DNA of 36,803 nucleotides, taken from the NCBI GenBank assembly GCA_016866975.1, contig VGKP01000008.1:1-36803 (forward strand). Reading direction: 5' to 3'. Both the position numbers and the translations under genes were made by a program. Below, piece by piece: positions 25,032 through 33,365 of this stretch; position 1 is the first letter of the stretch; each line of letters opens with the position of its first letter. This stretch comes from Candidatus Pacearchaeota archaeon. GTDB lineage: Archaea > Nanobdellota > Nanobdellia > Pacearchaeales > GW2011-AR1. The notes beneath the pieces are model-generated. The model was not told the origin of the DNA. It made no database searches and saw only the letters and a program-made list of their open reading frames with translations.

Positions 25032-27524
25032 ATGGCGAAGACCGACGAAGAAAAGAGTTCTAAGAAAGAAAAAGGGGAAGCAAAAGAAGAGGAAGCTAAA
25101 CTGACCGACATACCAGGTATTGGACCCGGCATCGCGGCGAAACTTGAAGCTGCCGGAGTATATGATTTGATGGGTCTAGCAGTGATGTCGCCTCCAGCAT
25201 TATCCGAGCTAGCAGGAATTGGAGAAGCAGTTGCTCGAAAGGCAATTCAATCTGCACGCAGTTTAATGAAACTTGGATTTACTGATGGAGTGGAGTTTGC
25301 AAAGAAGAGAGATGACATTTTCACTATAGGCACGGGGAGCAAAAACCTTGATGCACTTCTGGGAGGAAGAGGAATAGAAACTAAAGCATTGACCGAGGCG
25401 TATGGCGCATTTGGCAGCGGAAAGAGCCAATTGGGCTTTACGCTTGCGGTACGTGCACAATTGCCGAAAGAACATGGCGGTGCAAATGGGAAGGCTGTGT
25501 TTATAGACACTGAAGGCACTTTCAGACCTGAAAGAATAAGGCAGATTGCGGAAGGGATGGGGGCAAACCCTGAGAAAGTACTCAAGAATATACTTGTTGC
25601 ACGAGCTTTCAATTCTGACCATCAAATCCTTTTAATGGATAGAGTCTCGGAGCTTATCAAGGAAGGAGAGCCAATAAGGCTTATTATAATAGACTCTCTT
25701 ACTGCACATTTCAGGGCGGAGTTTGCGGGAAGAGGGCAGTTAGCTGACAGACAGCAGAAGCTCAATCGCTATCTCCATAATTTGATGAAAATGGCTGAAC
25801 AGCACAATCTTGCAGTATATCTGACAAATCAAGTCATGGCGAATCCTGGAATGATGTTTGGCGATCCTACGACACCAGTTGGGGGCAATATCATCGGACA
25901 TGCCTGCCTTACTGAAGACAGCCTAATACAATTAGCGGATGGGAGCATATTGGAGATAAATAAGATGGGCCCTGGAAGAGTCATGTCTTCTTCATTTAGG
26001 GAAATGAGCTTAAATCCCGCCATTTCAGGTCAGGTCTTTATCAATAAAGATGTTAAAAGCCTTTATACTATAATTACCAATGGGCAAATAACTTGCTCTC
26101 CATTGCATAGATTTTTCAGCATCAATAATTTTGAAGTAGTTGAAAAAGAAGCAAAAGACCTTATTGAAGGTGATTTTATTGCTCAGGCATCTGAGATTAA
26201 TATTCTTGGGGAAGATATCAGGGTCCCCGAGTTCAAGGTTAGGAGAATAGGTAAATTGAACGAGAAAAGTTCTAATGTGCTCAAGGAAAATATGCGGCAA
26301 GACCGGATAAGCAGGAAGGAAATATGCAAAAACATAGGGATAACTCCCCGTCAATTAAGGAGAGTATTAAACCAAGAATGGCCTACCTCAATGGAAGTAC
26401 TGGATGGTTTGCAGTCATACGGAGGAAATCAAGTCCTTGAGATTGTTCCTGTAACAACTTATAAGCACAGAGACCTGAAGATGCCAGAATTTGTTACTCC
26501 CGGTCTTGCTCAGATATTCGGATATTTCATTGGGGATGGGAACCTGGAGAAAAGAGGGATAAGATTTAGAGATGCACGATACGAGGTCTTGGAGCATTAC
26601 AGTAAATTGTTTTCTAAGATTTTTAATGTAGCAGGCAGCATCACAAAATTAAGCGGAAAGAACTGCTATAGCTTAAACATTAACTCAAGAGAAATAAGCG
26701 ATCTATTCTCCTTGATGCTTCCCAAAATATACGAGTATATAGGAAAATCAAAGAAAGAAAGCGTTATTGCCTTCATCAGAGGGTTTGTAGATGCAGAAGG
26801 ACATGCAAATAAAAAAAGAGCATACATCTCTGTATCCCAAAAGAAATCAATGGTATTGAAATACCTGCAGCTTTTCTTATTAAGAGCAGGGATAAGAAGC
26901 ACCGTCAAATTTGACATTGGAAGAAAAAAAATTGGCGTATTGAGGATAATAGATAAGGATATATTAGGATATATGCAGATAGGATTTACTGCTTCTGACA
27001 AGCAAAAGATTTTTTTGGATAAAGTCAAGGAACTTGAAAGGAAATATACTTACGAGATGACTCCTGTAAAAAGAGACGAGTTGTCTGCTTTAATGAGGGC
27101 GTGTGGTTTGAAGCCTTTCTCCGTTATCAAATACAGATCTGAAAATTACCTCTGGGTCAGCAGGAAAGAGCTAGAAATTGCATTCAAGGCATTGATGAAT
27201 TCAACTATAACGGATAGACAGATAAAACAGAAGATTGAGTTTATAGGCAAAATCCTGCAGGGGGAAATAAGGTTTGAGAAGATAAGGAAGATAAAAATAG
27301 AAGACAATAGTGGTAAAGTGTTATATGATTTCTCTGTTCCAAATATGGAAAATTACGTTGCAAATGGATTCATTGTTCACAATTCTACATACAGGATGTA
27401 CCTTAGGAGAGGAAAACAAGGAAGCAGAGTCGCTAAACTGATTGACTCACCCAACTTGCCAGATAATGAGACAGTGTTTTTTGTCACAAAAGCAGGCGTA
27501 AAGGACGAAGAAGAAAAAGAGTAG
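25032..27524 (+). CDS. radA: DNA repair/recombination protein RadA precursor containing an intein (mature about 337 aa)
   Basis: N-terminal HhH (IPGIGPGIAAKL), Walker A GAFGSGKSQ, Walker B IIIDS, LTNQVMANP. ATG at 25032. Confidence 0.95.
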   Translation: MAKTDEEKSSKKEKGEAKEEEAKLTDIPGIGPGIAAKLEAAGVYDLMGLAVMSPPALSELAGIGEAVARKAIQSARSLMKLGFTDGVEFAKKRDDIFTIGTGSKNLDALLGGRGIETKALTEAYGAFGSGKSQLGFTLAVRAQLPKEHGGANGKAVFIDTEGTFRPERIRQIAEGMGANPEKVLKNILVARAFNSDHQILLMDRVSELIKEGEPIRLIIIDSLTAHFRAEFAGRGQLADRQQKLNRYLHNLMKMAEQHNLAVYLTNQVMANPGMMFGDPTTPVGGNIIGHACLTEDSLIQLADGSILEINKMGPGRVMSSSFREMSLNPAISGQVFINKDVKSLYTIITNGQITCSPLHRFFSINNFEVVEKEAKDLIEGDFIAQASEINILGEDIRVPEFKVRRIGKLNEKSSNVLKENMRQDRISRKEICKNIGITPRQLRRVLNQEWPTSMEVLDGLQSYGGNQVLEIVPVTTYKHRDLKMPEFVTPGLAQIFGYFIGDGNLEKRGIRFRDARYEVLEHYSKLFSKIFNVAGSITKLSGKNCYSLNINSREISDLFSLMLPKIYEYIGKSKKESVIAFIRGFVDAEGHANKKRAYISVSQKKSMVLKYLQLFLLRAGIRSTVKFDIGRKKIGVLRIIDKDILGYMQIGFTASDKQKIFLDKVKELERKYTYEMTPVKRDELSALMRACGLKPFSVIKYRSENYLWVSRKELEIAFKALMNSTITDRQIKQKIEFIGKILQGEIRFEKIRKIKIEDNSGKVLYDFSVPNMENYVANGFIVHNSTYRMYLRRGKQGSRVAKLIDSPNLPDNETVFFVTKAGVKDEEEKE
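25905..27383 (+). mobile_element. Intein, 493 aa, with LAGLIDADG homing endonuclease and HTH-like insert
   Basis: GHA|CLTEDS...VANGFIVHN|STY. Endonuclease blocks FGYFIGDG and FIRGFVDAEG. Confidence 0.93.
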
Positions 27525-27601
27525 AATTGAGAAGAAAAAGAAAGGTATTTTTCTAGGCTCTTGATATGGGCAAGATATAAAAGAGCTCAAAACCATTTTG
27601 T

Positions 27602-27994
27602 GTGATGGATAAAGTTGTACATTTTGAAATTCCTTCGGATGATGTTGAGCGCGCGCAAAAGTTTTATCAATCTTGTTTTGGATGGCAGATCCAGTCGATT
27701 CCTGAAATGAAGTATACGATTATGCGCACTGGCCCTGTAGATGAGAAGATGATGCCGCAAGAACAAGGTTTTATTAATGGAGGCATGTTCAAGCGTTCGA
27801 GTCCTGTAAAGTCTCCAGTTATTACGATTTCTGTTGAAAATCTGGATGACACCTTCAAAAAGATTGAGGGCGCGGGCGGAAAGATACAGCGTGATGCGAA
27901 GGGTGAGGCAAAACTGAAAGTGGGAGACATGGGATGGGCAGCATATTTTGAAGATACTGAGGGCAATATCATGGGATTTTGGCAGAGCGCTTAG
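27602..27994 (+). CDS. VOC/glyoxalase-family protein
   Basis: VVHFEIPSDDVERAQKFY...INGGM...YFEDTEGNIMGFWQ. Confidence 0.9.
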   Translation: MMDKVVHFEIPSDDVERAQKFYQSCFGWQIQSIPEMKYTIMRTGPVDEKMMPQEQGFINGGMFKRSSPVKSPVITISVENLDDTFKKIEGAGGKIQRDAKGEAKLKVGDMGWAAYFEDTEGNIMGFWQSA

Positions 27995-28010
27995 AGAACT
28001 CTCTTTTTCA

Positions 28011-29264
28011 TTATGCAGCAGCAAGTATTTCTGCTGGGGATTTTTCTTCACTTGTTGTTCTTTCCCGCGTCCAGGGAGGTGAGACTTTTCGTGTACCACA
28101 TGGCTGCGAGAGGCGGTAGCGGCAGGGAGTAAGGCGCAGCAAAGAATAGCCTTGCTCTCTTTGAAGGGCGGGCCAGTTCCTGCAGACCCAGTCGTGTTGC
28201 TTGATTTCTTCCATGAATTTTCTCCATTCATCTTCTTCTAAGAGGTGGAATCCGTAGAAATGCCCTGCGTTTCCTGAATTCACGACGATGCCTGGCATGT
28301 GGAGTTTCTCAAGCGCGAATTTCACATCATGATTTCCTGCGGCGAAGTCGATCATGGGAAGATGGTAGACTCCTGAAGATGTTTGTACTTTCGAGGTCAG
28401 GCCGAGCGCGTGATTAAGCGGAAGATTCTTGCATCGCTGTTCGAGGACTTGCGGAATCCATGTTGCTGGAATTTCTTCCAAACTTTTCACAGGATTAACG
28501 TGCTCTTCTTTTTTTTCTGATCTTGTCTTGTAGTTATCTCTTTGCCATCCTGTTCCTTTGATAACTCTCCATGGAGAGTAGGTTGCAAATGTGAAGGTCT
28601 CTATTTCAGGCAAGCGCTCTTGTATGCTTTGGAGAATTTGCGTGGCGCGAGCGTCGAATGCTTTGCAAAGTGTTTCTGGGCTGCGGAGATGAAGAAGCAA
28701 TTCTGTTTGCGCTTCGGTTGTCCAGCCTTGTTCATCGTATTCTCTCCGTGGTGAGATGACTTGATAACCGAGCTTTACTAACTCTGCACTTCCTCGAGGA
28801 AGATCTTTTTCAAACCCATCAGAATTGTTGACGATTGCAAGCTTGTGATGCGGGAAAAGATTTACAAGAGTGCGCGTCATGAGTAAATCAGAGTCGATGT
28901 GATATTTTTTCTCACCCTCTCTTTTCCATCTTGAATACCCTTTTTGATGTTCGGGTCTTACATACCGTTTCCAGTCACCACGCAATTCTATTTCCATGTA
29001 GAGATACGGGCCTGCATGAGATGGCTTGACGCGGAGAGCATACGTTGCAGGAGTGCCGTCAAAATAACCCTGCACAGGCAATCCGTCAAAGACTTTCCTA
29101 ACACGTGCAAGCTCCCTTTTAATTTCTTCTTTGGAGCAATTTCCTGCAAGGCTTGTGGGGTCGAGTTGTACGTTGTATTCCCAATGAGAGTCGTCCATTG
29201 TGTTTGTACTTTTTCCTCCTTCAAAAGCATTGTTGTTACAGAGTTTTTTCTTTTCTATGAACAC
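28011..29264 (-). CDS. Hypothetical protein with C-terminal AEP (primase-like) motif region
   Basis: HLPMIDF, NSGNAGHFYG, WRKFM and YSLLRL resemble AEP motifs I-III from recall. Start could be 29198. Confidence 0.5.
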   Translation of the reverse strand: MFIEKKKLCNNNAFEGGKSTNTMDDSHWEYNVQLDPTSLAGNCSKEEIKRELARVRKVFDGLPVQGYFDGTPATYALRVKPSHAGPYLYMEIELRGDWKRYVRPEHQKGYSRWKREGEKKYHIDSDLLMTRTLVNLFPHHKLAIVNNSDGFEKDLPRGSAELVKLGYQVISPRREYDEQGWTTEAQTELLLHLRSPETLCKAFDARATQILQSIQERLPEIETFTFATYSPWRVIKGTGWQRDNYKTRSEKKEEHVNPVKSLEEIPATWIPQVLEQRCKNLPLNHALGLTSKVQTSSGVYHLPMIDFAAGNHDVKFALEKLHMPGIVVNSGNAGHFYGFHLLEEDEWRKFMEEIKQHDWVCRNWPALQREQGYSLLRLTPCRYRLSQPCGTRKVSPPWTRERTTSEEKSPAEILAAA

Positions 29265-29297
29265 AATGTTTAAAACGGCACTTATCCAAAGAGTTTC

Positions 29298-29867
29298 ATG
29301 GTAGTAGAACAGACTCTTGTATTATTGAAGCACGATAGCGTGCAGAGGGGCCTGATAGGGAAGGTACTTACAAGATTTGAGGATGCAGGGTTTAAGATAA
29401 AAGGGATTAAGATGGTCTGGGCCTCTGAAGATCTGGCAAAAAAACATTATGCAATCGATGAAATCTGGGCGAACCAGCTTTTTGAAAAGACAAAAGCAGG
29501 ATATGAAAAAGAAGGAAAGAAGATGCCTTATAAGACGCCTAATGAACTTGCGAATACAATCCAGGATTGGAACATGAAATTCCTGCGAGAAGGGCCTGTT
29601 GTTGCGATTGTGCTTGAAGGGCCTCATGCAGCGGAAATCGTAAGGAAGATGGTTGGAAGCACAGAGCCAAGACAGTCTGCCCCCGGAACAATACGCGGCG
29701 ATTTTGCAATAGTTGAATCTTACGCTCTTGCAGATACAAAGAAGAGGGTAATGCGCAATCTGATACACGCCTCTGATAGCGCAGTTAATGCCCAAAGAGA
29801 GATAAAACTATGGTTTGACAACCAAGAACTTCACGCATATACAAAAGAACTAGACAGGCATTTCTAA
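29298..29867 (+). CDS. ndk: Nucleoside diphosphate kinase
   Basis: TLVLLKHDSVQRGLIG, PGTIRGDF and catalytic NLIHASDS. Confidence 0.95.
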   Translation: MVVEQTLVLLKHDSVQRGLIGKVLTRFEDAGFKIKGIKMVWASEDLAKKHYAIDEIWANQLFEKTKAGYEKEGKKMPYKTPNELANTIQDWNMKFLREGPVVAIVLEGPHAAEIVRKMVGSTEPRQSAPGTIRGDFAIVESYALADTKKRVMRNLIHASDSAVNAQREIKLWFDNQELHAYTKELDRHF

Positions 29868-29876
29868 GAGTAAAAC

Positions 29877-29902
29877 TTATATACTAGTATTACTGTAATA
29901 CT
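29877..29902 (+). promoter_or_regulatory. TATA-like box and inverted-repeat operator of the TA operon
   Basis: TTATATA is followed by AGTATTAC-t-GTAATACT (29886-29902), directly before the antitoxin start. Confidence 0.55.
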
Positions 29903-29904
29903 TG

Positions 29905-30162
29905 ATGGATGAAGTTAAGAGCATTAAAGGAATTGATGACGAGACATGGAGAAAATTCAAGGCTTTAGCAGCAGCTAAACGTGTAACCATGGGAGTATTG
30001 CTTACTACAATGATTAAAGAATACGAGAAATATGCTAATGACGTCTGGGATAAAATACTTCACGGCGAGAAAATATTATCTGATGAAGAAGCTGAAGAGA
30101 TGCATACAGTCTCAAGAAAACTCAGAAAAGAAAATTGGGTGAGAAATGCGTCTCGTTCTTGA
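29905..30162 (+). CDS. Putative antitoxin (VapB-like, N-terminal RHH-type DNA-binding)
   Basis: SIKGIDDETWRKFKALAA. Small gene overlapping a PIN gene. Confidence 0.7.
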   Translation: MDEVKSIKGIDDETWRKFKALAAAKRVTMGVLLTTMIKEYEKYANDVWDKILHGEKILSDEEAEEMHTVSRKLRKENWVRNASRS

Positions 30163-30523
30163 TACGTCCATCATTATAGAACTAGAGAGAAAAAATAAAG
30201 CCATTGAAATGCAAATTGAGGATTTAAGAAAGATTCATCCATTTCCGCCTCAAATCAGCTTCTATACTTATTTTGAATTTTTAGAAGGGATTGTTAAAAA
30301 GTCTGATAAAAATAAACTACGGTCTCAGCAATTCATTTCGCTCTTTGAAATCCTTCAGACTAGTTCTGCTACGGCGAATCATCTAGTCTTATTAAAACAA
30401 AAATATGCGTTGCCTATTCCAGATCTATTTATTGCGGCGCAAGTCATGGAAACTAATGCAGTATTAGTGACTAAGGATAAAGATTTTGAGCAAATTAAAG
30501 AAATACAAAAGATTATTCTTTAA
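30146..30523 (+). CDS. vapC: PIN-domain (VapC-like) toxin
   Basis: LVLDTSIIIE, YFE, IPDLFIAA and LVTKDKDF. Confidence 0.9.
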   Translation: MRLVLDTSIIIELERKNKAIEMQIEDLRKIHPFPPQISFYTYFEFLEGIVKKSDKNKLRSQQFISLFEILQTSSATANHLVLLKQKYALPIPDLFIAAQVMETNAVLVTKDKDFEQIKEIQKIIL

Positions 30524-30716
30524 CTATTTTTCAAACTTTAAGAATCTCGCTTCATAAGATTATTGAGTACATCTGAAACATATCTGAAAAGCTCTGGGCT
30601 AAAGCTGCAGAGCGTGTGCAAAGTGGGTTTCTCAGTGTCAAAGAATCTGACATATAACTTATACATATTGTCCTTGACAGGCAAACCTTTAAAATACTCC
30701 CCCCTTATCTCTTTGA

Positions 30717-30788
30717 GCTCCCATAGTTTATCGGATAGAATGCAACCTTGCGGAGGTTGAGGGCGAGGTTCAATTCCTCGTGGGAGCG
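30717..30788 (+). tRNA. tRNA-Arg (anticodon GCG), intron-less, CCA not encoded
   Basis: Acceptor GCTCCCA/TGGGAGC; anticodon arm CAACC-TTGCGGA-GGTTG; T arm CGAGG-TTCAATT-CCTCG. Confidence 0.93.
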
Positions 30789-30836
30789 TATGAATTGAAA
30801 GTGCTCACAGAACTTCGTTCCGTGGCAACCTTCGTG

Positions 30837-30946
30837 AGGTCAAGGAACTTGACGCAAACCACACCTCATCGGGAATCTAAGATTCCTGACTGTTATCGAG
30901 GATTTAAATCCTTGAGGTTTAGGGCGTGATGGCGCATCGTGCTTTG
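30837..30946 (+). repeat. Palindromic element copy F: about 60-nt short form carrying the 51-nt module (30867-30917)
   Basis: GTCAAGGAACTTGAC-GCAAACCACACCT[51 nt]TTTAGGGCGTGATGGCGCATCGTGCTTTG. Confidence 0.85.
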
Positions 30947-30963
30947 AACGCATTCACTCAGGT

Positions 30964-30986
30964 GTTCAATTCCTCGTGGGAACGTA
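30964..30986 (+). repeat. Duplicate of the tRNA-Arg 3' end (att-like direct repeat)
   Basis: GTTCAATTCCTCGTGGGAaCGTA matches 30768-30790 at 22/23. Confidence 0.88.
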
Positions 30987-31553
30987 CTATTCAATGAATC
31001 CTTCTATGATATATAGATTTTCTTTTCCAGAATGGTGATTAATATATTGTATGAACTTATGACGATTTTTAGTTTTTTGAATAAGATTAAAACTATTTCC
31101 TTCGAGAGGAAAAAGAATTGGCTGCTGGTCATGTGCAACATACACTGTGTGGCCACCCCATTTAGTATCCCATCTTTTCATTATCAATATAAAGAATTCC
31201 AGTCTATCTCCTATAGCTTCCGAGTCGTGCAGAAGAGTGTAGTCTTTATGGCCAAATCTTAGACATCTATAATTCACATTCTTCGCTTTCTTTCTAGTAA
31301 TCTCAGAAATCCAAGAGAGAAACGCTTTGTCTTTCAATAAATTGATATCTATGTCGTGTTCAGAATAAGAAAAACGGTCAGCGATCTTCTTATGGGCAGG
31401 AGTCATTCTGTCTAAATTATTCAACAAAGATTCGTAAGAATTGATGGAAAGAAAGTTGGGAAGATTGATTATATGCGGGTCTGACTCAATATAACTATTT
31501 TTTATCTGATCTATTATATCTTTCTTAAGGTAGAGAGGGTTTATATCTTCCAT
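30987..31553 (-). CDS. 2OG-Fe(II) oxygenase-fold protein resembling the degenerate C-terminal domain of OGFOD1/Tpa1
   Basis: FGHKDYTLLHD and WDTKWGG. Start overlaps the upstream stop (TGATG). Confidence 0.65.
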   Translation of the reverse strand: MEDINPLYLKKDIIDQIKNSYIESDPHIINLPNFLSINSYESLLNNLDRMTPAHKKIADRFSYSEHDIDINLLKDKAFLSWISEITRKKAKNVNYRCLRFGHKDYTLLHDSEAIGDRLEFFILIMKRWDTKWGGHTVYVAHDQQPILFPLEGNSFNLIQKTKNRHKFIQYINHHSGKENLYIIEGFIE

Positions 31554-32146
31554 CAATAGAACCATCCTCCTATGGCATATCTTTTCTTTGCGGAAAGGAC
31601 TTCTTCTACTTCATGCCAGCTTTGAGAAGAGACCTTAAAGAGAATCATAGAGTTCCATACTGGAATGTATCTTCTAACTATCTCTCCTGGCTTTCCTTCT
31701 TTATCCGATAATAATGCCAACGCGCCCCCATCTTGTTCCGTGAATCTTGATGAAAGGTAATAGATATATGCTATACTTCTTTTTTCCAATCTGTCATCTT
31801 GGCAGAGCAAGAAATCAGTGTCTTCGTAGAGAGAACCGGCCATGTCTATCTTTCCTTTAAGAGAAACTCCAGTTATTTTGGATATCTGCCTGATGAAATC
31901 TTTGCTTGAGAAGAGCAGATATAGTTCTTTAAGTGCAAGGTCTTTTGTAGTTGAGAGATCATTTGTCTGAGAAAGAGAGAAAAGGTCGCTGTGTTTCTTC
32001 TCAAATTTCTCTTTCATTATGGATTTTCTTATATTTTGCGCGTCTCGCTCTGCAAGGAGATCATTGATCACGATGTGAGGAAATGGAGAGTTATCCCTAA
32101 ACGTTTTAGCCAAAGAATCCAAATTATCAGAAATATTTATCTTCAT
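31553..32146 (-). CDS. 2OG-Fe(II) oxygenase resembling the OGFOD1/Tpa1 catalytic domain (first His reads Gln)
   Basis: DFLLCQDDRLEKRSIAYIYYL, DGGALAL, SWHEVEEV and RYAIGGWF. Confidence 0.8.
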   Translation of the reverse strand: MKINISDNLDSLAKTFRDNSPFPHIVINDLLAERDAQNIRKSIMKEKFEKKHSDLFSLSQTNDLSTTKDLALKELYLLFSSKDFIRQISKITGVSLKGKIDMAGSLYEDTDFLLCQDDRLEKRSIAYIYYLSSRFTEQDGGALALLSDKEGKPGEIVRRYIPVWNSMILFKVSSQSWHEVEEVLSAKKRYAIGGWFY

Positions 32147-32251
32147 CCTGTCAAAGAGCAATTACTATTTAAAAATATAAGTAAAGATGATTTTGTAGAA
32201 TAGATTGATTTTTTTGTGAAGTCCACTAATAGATAACTGCCTACAATATTC

Positions 32252-32300
32252 ATGTAACATACCTTGCCCTTTAGGGCATGGTACGCATCGTTTTTTTGAT
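32252..32300 (+). repeat. Degenerate short palindromic element, copy G
   Basis: AT-GTAACA-TACCTTGCCCT-tt-AGGGCATGGTA-CGCATCGTTTTTTTG-AT. Right end is identical to copy B. Confidence 0.7.
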
Positions 32301-32340
32301 CCATAAAAACATTTTAATAAGTAGTATCTGATTGAAATAA

Positions 32341-32964
32341 ATGATTGAGAAAGATAGCCTTTTAGATGAGCTAAAAAAAAGAGTTATTGAAGCAAATCTG
32401 CCTTTGCATGAAGGTGCGACGAATGTAGTGATGGGAAAGGGAAGTCCTGATGCACCCATACTTTTTATTGGAGAGGCTCCAGGAAGGAACGAAGATTTGC
32501 AAGGGATGCCTTTCGTGGGTGCCGCGGGAAAGAATTTAGATAAATTGCTTGCAGCTGTTGGACTATCATTGCAGGAAGTGTATGTCGCAAATATCCTGAA
32601 ATATAGGCCGCCTGAAAACAGGGTTCCTAGTCCTGATGAAATAAAGACACATACGCCCTTTTTGATTGAGCAGATAAAGATAATCAGGCCCAAAGTGGTA
32701 TGTTCTCTAGGCAACTATGCCACTAAATTCTTTCTTGCCGGATTAAAGCCAGATGCAATGGATATGCAACCAGGAATCACTCAAGTACATGGAAGATTGA
32801 AAGAGGTGGAATTTGATGGAATAAAGTTCAAATTAATACCTTTATTTCACCCTGCGGCCATAATATATAACAGAAAACTCATCCCTTTATGGGAGAAAGA
32901 CATGGAAGTTGTCAAAGAATCTTTAGGGAAAGGGGCCCAGAGAACTTTATTCCTTAAGTTTTAA
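32341..32964 (+). CDS. udg: Uracil-DNA glycosylase, family 4-like, lacking Fe-S cysteines
   Basis: FIGEAPG...PFVGAAG, NILKYRPPENR and LFHPAA. Confidence 0.88.
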   Translation: MIEKDSLLDELKKRVIEANLPLHEGATNVVMGKGSPDAPILFIGEAPGRNEDLQGMPFVGAAGKNLDKLLAAVGLSLQEVYVANILKYRPPENRVPSPDEIKTHTPFLIEQIKIIRPKVVCSLGNYATKFFLAGLKPDAMDMQPGITQVHGRLKEVEFDGIKFKLIPLFHPAAIIYNRKLIPLWEKDMEVVKESLGKGAQRTLFLKF

Positions 32965-33309
32965 GTCTATTCCCCCTGCAAGGAGATTGGCATGATTGCC
33001 CTTTGTCTTATCTACAGGAAACCGCCCCTCATATTCAGCCATAACTTCATCTATTGCTTTCTGCGAGTCGACGTTGCAAAGATAAGAGATCTTGAGAATC
33101 AAATATAACATGTCTCCAATAAAATTCTCGACTTCAGGATGCTCTTTTTGGATTAGCTTTTGTTGTGTCGAAACATCTACCCACTTAATAATATTCCAAA
33201 ATTCCCCTATCTCCTCATTCATGTTAAGAAGGAGATCCTTTATACATCCAGGGTCACTCCAATCACGGGCATCGTTAAATCTCTTAATGGTTTCTTGAGT
33301 CTGATTCAT
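32947..33309 (-). CDS. MazG-like nucleotide pyrophosphohydrolase
   Basis: LLLNMNEEIGEFWNIIKW...FIGDMLYLI. Confidence 0.75.
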   Translation of the reverse strand: MNQTQETIKRFNDARDWSDPGCIKDLLLNMNEEIGEFWNIIKWVDVSTQQKLIQKEHPEVENFIGDMLYLILKISYLCNVDSQKAIDEVMAEYEGRFPVDKTKGNHANLLAGGIDLKLKE

Positions 33310-33365
33310 AACTTTTGGAAGAAAATAGACATTAAATCATTATATGTGCTGAACAATCTATTTAT

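Noticed and set aside
27587-28231. 214-aa minus-strand ORF
   Set aside because: Shadow of the VOC gene and the 417-aa gene, with no protein-like motif.
30538-30666. 42-aa minus-strand ORF (MYKLYVRFFD...)
   Set aside because: Short, with no motif or coupling to neighbours. It cannot be supported from sequence alone.
30563-30760. 65-aa plus-strand ORF
   Set aside because: It runs into the tRNA-Arg gene and has no motif.
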